From: a bacterium
GTDB taxonomy: Bacteria; Hinthialibacterota; Hinthialibacteria; Hinthialibacterales; Hinthialibacteraceae
Length of the DNA stretch: 64,000 nucleotides
Direction of reading: 5' to 3'
Assembly (NCBI GenBank): GCA_963663405.2
Contig: CAXXSM010000100.1
Location: 6,351 to 70,350, forward strand
The position numbers were made by a program, and so were the translations under genes. Each line of letters begins with the position of its first letter. The first letter of the stretch is position 1. The notes below the pieces were generated by a model. The model was not told the origin of the DNA, searched no databases, and was given only the letters and a program-made list of their open reading frames with translations. Positions 57,969-64,000 of this stretch are shown piece after piece.

Positions 57969-59105
57969 ATGGGTGAACAAATTCCGGTAATACCTTCCGT
58001 TCTAAAGTGGGCTAGAGAGCGATCTGGCTTCACACTAGAAGAAATGCGCGAAAAATATAAAAAGATTGACGATTGGGAGAACGGAAAAACATACCCAACC
58101 TACAGTCAACTAGAAGCGTTATCGGAAAAATACAAATGCCCTGCCGCCGTATTCTTCTTTCCAGAACCACCTAAAGAGGAGCCGATCAAAAAATCATTCA
58201 GAACATTACCCGATTCCGAGTTCCATAAGATTCCACGACAGATTCAAACGCTCTTGCGCAAAGCAAAAGCCATGCAAATTAACCTGGAAGAATTAAATGA
58301 TGGGAATAATCCATCAACTAAACAGATTCTTAAAAATATCAAATTCAATATTAATTCTTCCATTTCTTCGATCACCGGTAGAATCAGAAAATACTTGGGG
58401 ATAACACTTGAACAACAATGTTCTTGGAAAAACACAGCTGAAGCATTTGAACATTGGAGAGAAATTCTAATTGAATGTGGCGTTTCTGTTTTCAAAGATC
58501 ATTTTGATGACAGTGATTTCTCAGGATTCTGCCTTTACGACAAAGAATTTCCAGTGATTTTTGCCAATAACAGTAATGCGAAAAGCAGACAAGTATTCAC
58601 ATTATTTCATGAACTAGCCCATCTTCTTTGTAAAACGAGTGGTATTGATAAAAAGGATAATGATTACATAAACAATCTCGAGAGCAAGGAGAAGGGGATT
58701 GAAACGTTCTGTAATGAGTTCTCTGCAGTCTTTCTCGTTCCAAACAATGATTTTAATGAGTCAATTGCAGGAATGGAATTTGATGAGGAGAAGATCATCG
58801 AACTGGCAAACAAATACAAAGTCAGCCGAGAAGTGATTCTCCGGAAATTACTCGACAGGGATTTGGTAAACCAAGACTATTATAAGGAAAAATCAGAAGA
58901 ATGGACGAAGCAAACAAAACAAAAAGGAAATGGTGGGAACTATTATAGTACACAGATCACATATCTTGGCCAGGATTACATTAATTTAGCGCTAAGCAAA
59001 TATCACCAAAATAAAATAACCATTGAACAATTATCAGATTATCTCAATGTTAAAACAAAAAATATAATTAAATTTGAAAATATATTCATGGGGAGGGGGG
59101 CATGA
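57969..59105 (+). CDS. XRE-type HTH + ImmA/IrrE-family (DUF955) metallopeptidase
   Basis: N-terminal HTH (..RERSGFTLEEMREKYKKIDDWENGKTYPTYSQLEAL..) and FTLFHELAHLL (HExxH). Confidence 0.8.
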   Translation: MGEQIPVIPSVLKWARERSGFTLEEMREKYKKIDDWENGKTYPTYSQLEALSEKYKCPAAVFFFPEPPKEEPIKKSFRTLPDSEFHKIPRQIQTLLRKAKAMQINLEELNDGNNPSTKQILKNIKFNINSSISSITGRIRKYLGITLEQQCSWKNTAEAFEHWREILIECGVSVFKDHFDDSDFSGFCLYDKEFPVIFANNSNAKSRQVFTLFHELAHLLCKTSGIDKKDNDYINNLESKEKGIETFCNEFSAVFLVPNNDFNESIAGMEFDEEKIIELANKYKVSREVILRKLLDRDLVNQDYYKEKSEEWTKQTKQKGNGGNYYSTQITYLGQDYINLALSKYHQNKITIEQLSDYLNVKTKNIIKFENIFMGRGA

Positions 59106-59569
59106 TCTATGTGTTTGATACATCTCCATTAATTGATCTGTTCAAACACTATTATCAAGAACGATTTCCTACTTTGTGGAAACATTTTTATCAAATGATC
59201 GATTCTCAAAGAATTATTTCGACAAGAGAAACACTCCATGAAATCGAGAATCATACAGATTTGCTAAGCCAGTGGGTAAAAGACTATAAAAAAATATTCG
59301 AACCTCCATCCGCAAAAGAAGCGGCGTTTATTACAGAAATATTTCAAATTCCCCATTTTCAGAATATCATCGAAAAAAGAAAAATACTACAGGGGGGATA
59401 TAATGCAGATCCTTTTGTCATCGCTAAAGCAAAAATAAAAAACGCTTCTGTCGTAACCAATGAAGTAGAAAAGCCAAACGCTCCCAACATTCCTGCAATT
59501 TGCGCCCATTTTAGAATACCATATATCAATCTCGAAGAATTTATGGAAACAGAAAACTGGATCTTTTAA
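59102..59569 (+). CDS. DUF4411-family (PIN-like) protein
   Basis: MIYVFDTSPLIDL..YYQERFPTLW.. . 4-nt overlap with the ImmA/IrrE gene. Confidence 0.7.
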   Translation: MIYVFDTSPLIDLFKHYYQERFPTLWKHFYQMIDSQRIISTRETLHEIENHTDLLSQWVKDYKKIFEPPSAKEAAFITEIFQIPHFQNIIEKRKILQGGYNADPFVIAKAKIKNASVVTNEVEKPNAPNIPAICAHFRIPYINLEEFMETENWIF

Positions 59570-59590
59570 CAAATTCAAGGATTCGCTCCT

Positions 59591-61714
59591 ATGGCGCTGA
59601 AAAAATTGATTCTCCGATTCGCTCTTTTTATCTTCGCGTCTCTGCTCCTTCATTCTTGTTCGGGACAGAATCCAGCGCCTGAACGACGGATTATAGTCAT
59701 TGGATTGGATGCGCTGGATTTAAAAATTCTAGGTGAGGTGATCGAGCAAGGCCGTGCGCCTACTTTCGATTACCTTATGGAGAATGGAGCGTACGGCTCT
59801 CTGCAATCATACCATCCACTCCTCTCACCTTTGATCTGGACAACGATCGCTACCGGACGCCCGCCAGACGAACATGGGATCAATCGTTTCCTCGGCGGCG
59901 ATTTGGATGGGAATCCGATCGCGGTTCCTTCTTCCGACAGGAAATGCGCGGCGTTGTGGAACATCGCTTCGGAACAGAATATATCGTGTACGGTTCTCGG
60001 CTGGTACGCGACCTGGCCGGCGGAAACGATTCAGGGAACGATCGTCTCCGATCGGTTTGATGACTCATCCCAGTTGGATTCGATCGAGGACTTACCGCCC
60101 GAAGTGATCTATCCACCGGATATTGTAGAGACCCTATTCAATTTCCGCAAATCATATAACGATATTGGACAATCCCAGCTGAGCCGCTTCATGCGCCTCA
60201 ATCCAGAGGAATGGAAAACCGTCCTCTCCGAGCCTTTTCAAATCGAGAACCGGATCCATCATTTCCATGAAATTCTCGCAAGAACGGAAACCCGGCGAGA
60301 AATTCTGCTCCATTTATTAAAAGAAAAATCCTCCCATTTAACATTGGCGTATTTCGATTTCACCGATTCGGCGCTGCATCTATTCATTGAGGAACGACCG
60401 CCGAAGCGTCCACACGTTTCCCAACGAGATTTCGACCGCTTTTCCGGAACCGTGGACGCTGTATATGAATACGCGGACGGACTCATCAAAGATGTGTTGG
60501 AGACGCTGGATGATTCGGATACGTTGATCGTTATCTCAGATCATGGTTTTAAATCCGGTTCGGAGCGTCTCGAACGATCTTCTCGAACCACAGCGGGCGC
60601 CGCTGCCCAATGGCACCGCCTTGAAGGAACGATCATCGCCTACGGTAATGGGGTTGTCCCCGGTCCTATAAAAGACGCTTCCGTTTTTGATCTAACTCCC
60701 ACATTGTTAACTCTGCTTGATATCCCCCCATCCTATAAGATGTCAGGAAAAGCGCTGCCGGAACTCATCGGTGGATCGGATAACACGACGGAAGGGAAAC
60801 GAGTGGACGATTTGGACGGTGGTTACACGCCTCCGTCTTTACCCAAAACAGACTCCGTTCATTCTCCTCAGCTGGAACGTTTACAAGCGTTGGGCTATAT
60901 CGGAAAAGAATCACCGGATAATGAATCTCAGCTCATCCGGAAATACGAAGCCGACGGCCATTTCAACCTGGCCGCCTATTTCGAAGATCAGGGCCAAATG
61001 GACCGCGCATTCGTTGAAATCGATCGCGCGCTGGCGCTCGATCCCAAACACGTCAACGCGCGGGGCCGGAAATGCGCTCTATTGATCGAACGGGGGAACT
61101 ACACAGAGGCGCAAGCCCTTATCGCCGAACTAAAAACCGAACTCGAACAAGAGATCGATACGTTTAAGAGCCAAATCGAAGCGAAACGAGGCGAGCGTTC
61201 GGATGAAGAGGAGCGGGCGGAGCATGATCGATTGATGACGCTCTGTTTTTCCCTGGCGGAACTTTATCATAGTGAAGGTGAAATTTACTTCAATCAGAGA
61301 AACTTGACTGCCGCCACGCAGAGTTTCGCCTATTCCATCGAACTGGATCCGGATAGTATGGAAACCCTGTACAATCTCGGTACCTGCTACGGGATGACCG
61401 GGCATTACCCGGAAGCGGAGGAATGCCTGGTGAAAGTGTTAGAGCGTGAATCCCACCACCGGAAAGGCCGTCAAAGTCTCGCCGTAACTCGAATTCGGAT
61501 GAAAAAAGGAAAGGAAGCGCGTCCTCTCTTGGAGAGCCTTCTTGAAGAATCGCCAAACGATCCGAACCTTCTCTATCTCATGGGAGAGAGTTATCTCGCC
61601 GCTCAATCCTACCCAGAAGCAATAATGTGGTACAAAAAAGCGCTCGCCATCGATCCAAACTTGCAAAAAGCGGCCCGAAGATTAGAATCCCTCTCAAAAA
61701 TCAATAACAACTAA
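59591..61714 (+). CDS. Alkaline-phosphatase-superfamily (nucleotide pyrophosphatase/phosphodiesterase-like) protein with C-terminal TPR repeats
   Basis: ..IVIGLDALD.., ..SPLIWTTIATGRPPDEHGI.., ..VISDHGF.. . TPR units run from about residue 480. Confidence 0.65.
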   Translation: MALKKLILRFALFIFASLLLHSCSGQNPAPERRIIVIGLDALDLKILGEVIEQGRAPTFDYLMENGAYGSLQSYHPLLSPLIWTTIATGRPPDEHGINRFLGGDLDGNPIAVPSSDRKCAALWNIASEQNISCTVLGWYATWPAETIQGTIVSDRFDDSSQLDSIEDLPPEVIYPPDIVETLFNFRKSYNDIGQSQLSRFMRLNPEEWKTVLSEPFQIENRIHHFHEILARTETRREILLHLLKEKSSHLTLAYFDFTDSALHLFIEERPPKRPHVSQRDFDRFSGTVDAVYEYADGLIKDVLETLDDSDTLIVISDHGFKSGSERLERSSRTTAGAAAQWHRLEGTIIAYGNGVVPGPIKDASVFDLTPTLLTLLDIPPSYKMSGKALPELIGGSDNTTEGKRVDDLDGGYTPPSLPKTDSVHSPQLERLQALGYIGKESPDNESQLIRKYEADGHFNLAAYFEDQGQMDRAFVEIDRALALDPKHVNARGRKCALLIERGNYTEAQALIAELKTELEQEIDTFKSQIEAKRGERSDEEERAEHDRLMTLCFSLAELYHSEGEIYFNQRNLTAATQSFAYSIELDPDSMETLYNLGTCYGMTGHYPEAEECLVKVLERESHHRKGRQSLAVTRIRMKKGKEARPLLESLLEESPNDPNLLYLMGESYLAAQSYPEAIMWYKKALAIDPNLQKAARRLESLSKINNN

Positions 61715-61720
61715 AGAAAA

Positions 61721-61744
61721 AGCCCTGTGGAAAACCACCGGGCT
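61721..61744. terminator. Bidirectional terminator hairpin between convergent genes
   Basis: AGCCCTGTGG-AAAA-CCACCGGGCT (one mismatch), flanked by A-rich and T-rich tracts. Confidence 0.6.
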
Positions 61745-61779
61745 TTAAAAATGTAAAGATAAAAAATCGTATCTTCTTA

Positions 61780-62763
61780 CTAATAGAGCGCCCAATTGGA
61801 GATAGAGACTGGAGTGAAAAATTCGAGGCTGAAGATCATTGTTCCGTCTAGTTGCGGCGCGCCATTTTTACTGCCTTCGGACCATCCGATCCAAGCGCCT
61901 TCATCATCGGCTGTCAGATAGAGAGGATCATCAGGTATTTCCAGATCGAGCTCTCCATCCCGGTCCATCATGGTTACATCAAATCCCATCCCCAATCCAC
62001 CATTCATATCGGGGCCCAGATCGACGACATCGGTTTCCGGCTCGGGTTCGATTCCCGGTTCCAAGAAGTTCATCACGGTTAAAGCCGCCTCAAACCGTTT
62101 GACATAGGGGCCAAACGGACTGGCTGGATCTTCCATTTCAATAATAAGTTTGGCCTCTGAAAACGGAGGACGTCCATCTTCGGTAGCGTCGTTGTAATTT
62201 GAGATGAACGTAGCGGTTCCACCTTCCAAAATTTCTCCGTTCGCATCCGTTTCCTGGCCATACAAGTCCTCTCGGCTGGGATCGTTCAATTGAACTGTAT
62301 ATTGAACATTCCCGGGATCATCGGCCAATCCATATGCGCCACTATCGGAATTATCATACTCAATGTAAATCTCCCACCGGTCATAGAACCAAGTCGCCCC
62401 AGCAGGCGCGAGTGTATCAGGATTGGACCATAGGCTCAGCTGAGTGACGTTGACGTCATCCCACGACCAACCCGCAACGTACAGCTGATTGGCTTCGTCA
62501 TTCCATGCAACCATGAAATAGTTATCCTGGGTACTGGTGCCAAGCGTATTTACTTGATATGACGGATAAAATTCTGCGCAAGCGCGTTTTTCTATCCCCT
62601 CGGGCCAATCATCAAAATTCCCATCGACGGTAATCGGATCGATTTGATACGCCGTCACCTCTTTTGGATTCGTTCCTTCTTGTGGATCATGATACGTAAC
62701 TTGCGCGCTTACAAAAGGAACGAACAGCGTCAGCAGCAATGCGATTAAAAAAAACCTATTCAT
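61780..62763 (-). CDS. Secreted acidic protein, possible CBM9/DOMON-like carbohydrate-binding fold
   Basis: Signal peptide MNRFFLIALLLTLFVPFVSA. ..VDGNFDDWPEG.. motif. Confidence 0.45.
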   Translation of the reverse strand: MNRFFLIALLLTLFVPFVSAQVTYHDPQEGTNPKEVTAYQIDPITVDGNFDDWPEGIEKRACAEFYPSYQVNTLGTSTQDNYFMVAWNDEANQLYVAGWSWDDVNVTQLSLWSNPDTLAPAGATWFYDRWEIYIEYDNSDSGAYGLADDPGNVQYTVQLNDPSREDLYGQETDANGEILEGGTATFISNYNDATEDGRPPFSEAKLIIEMEDPASPFGPYVKRFEAALTVMNFLEPGIEPEPETDVVDLGPDMNGGLGMGFDVTMMDRDGELDLEIPDDPLYLTADDEGAWIGWSEGSKNGAPQLDGTMIFSLEFFTPVSISNWALY

Positions 62764-63170
62764 ACTCAATACCCCCATTTCGAATAATTTTAATCCAACA
62801 AAACCATTTGAAGATTATTTCACATATACTGCTGTAAGTCAAACTTATTTCTCATAAAAATTAAAAAAACATCTATCAATTCATCTGTTATCTAAAAGAC
62901 ATGATGGTTATCGAAAATTTGACATTGTTCAACTAAAACACTACGTCTTCGTCTTGAATCAATGCTAAAAACGATGAAATTTATACTATTGTTTTTGGTT
63001 TTACTTGACCTTTTTTCGAAATCACTTATAAACCTTTTGATTTATCCCAGCGGAGATATAATATCTGGATGCGTTGTGGATGTGTGGCTTTGAGAATTCT
63101 ATCGATTCTCCGTTATTCGTTCATTAAACCGCCCCCATCCAATCAATCCCGGCATTCAATTCCGAGGTAA

Positions 63171-64000
<830 letters not shown>

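Overview
Bacterial chromosomal segment, probably from an uncultivated lineage, of about 45% GC with strong local swings in composition. The right half (33-64 kb) is ordinary core genome with intact genes: FGGY sugar kinase, TPR protein, M14 peptidase, recO, glycosyltransferases, rseP, proS, ribF, a pseudopilin and gap. It also carries two small toxin-antitoxin-like pairs. The left half is accessory DNA. (1) An IS1380-like transposase is cut by the window edge. (2) An AT-rich ORFan island (about 3.2-8.7 kb) ends in a broken tyrosine integrase. (3) A 14.8-kb decayed prophage or satellite-like element (8.8-23.6 kb) ends in a second broken integrase. Each of these two elements is followed by the same 48-bp tRNA-Arg(UCU) 3' fragment, which I read as att sites of a tandem integration. 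(4) The most interesting part is a diversity-generating retroelement (DGR) at 23.9-30.2 kb. It has a reverse transcriptase, an Avd accessory gene, a 130-nt template repeat and two variable repeats that differ from the template almost only at adenines. Both variable repeats form the C-terminal tip of FGE-sulfatase (C-type-lectin-fold) domains. One domain is fused to a TIR domain; the other sits at the end of a TIR/SEFIR-NACHT (NLR-like STAND) protein. This points to a hypermutating TIR/NLR-type sensor locus. Many accessory genes, including the DGR RT and both targets, carry frameshifts, often at homopolymers, while the long core genes are intact. No rRNA, intact tRNA or CRISPR array was seen.
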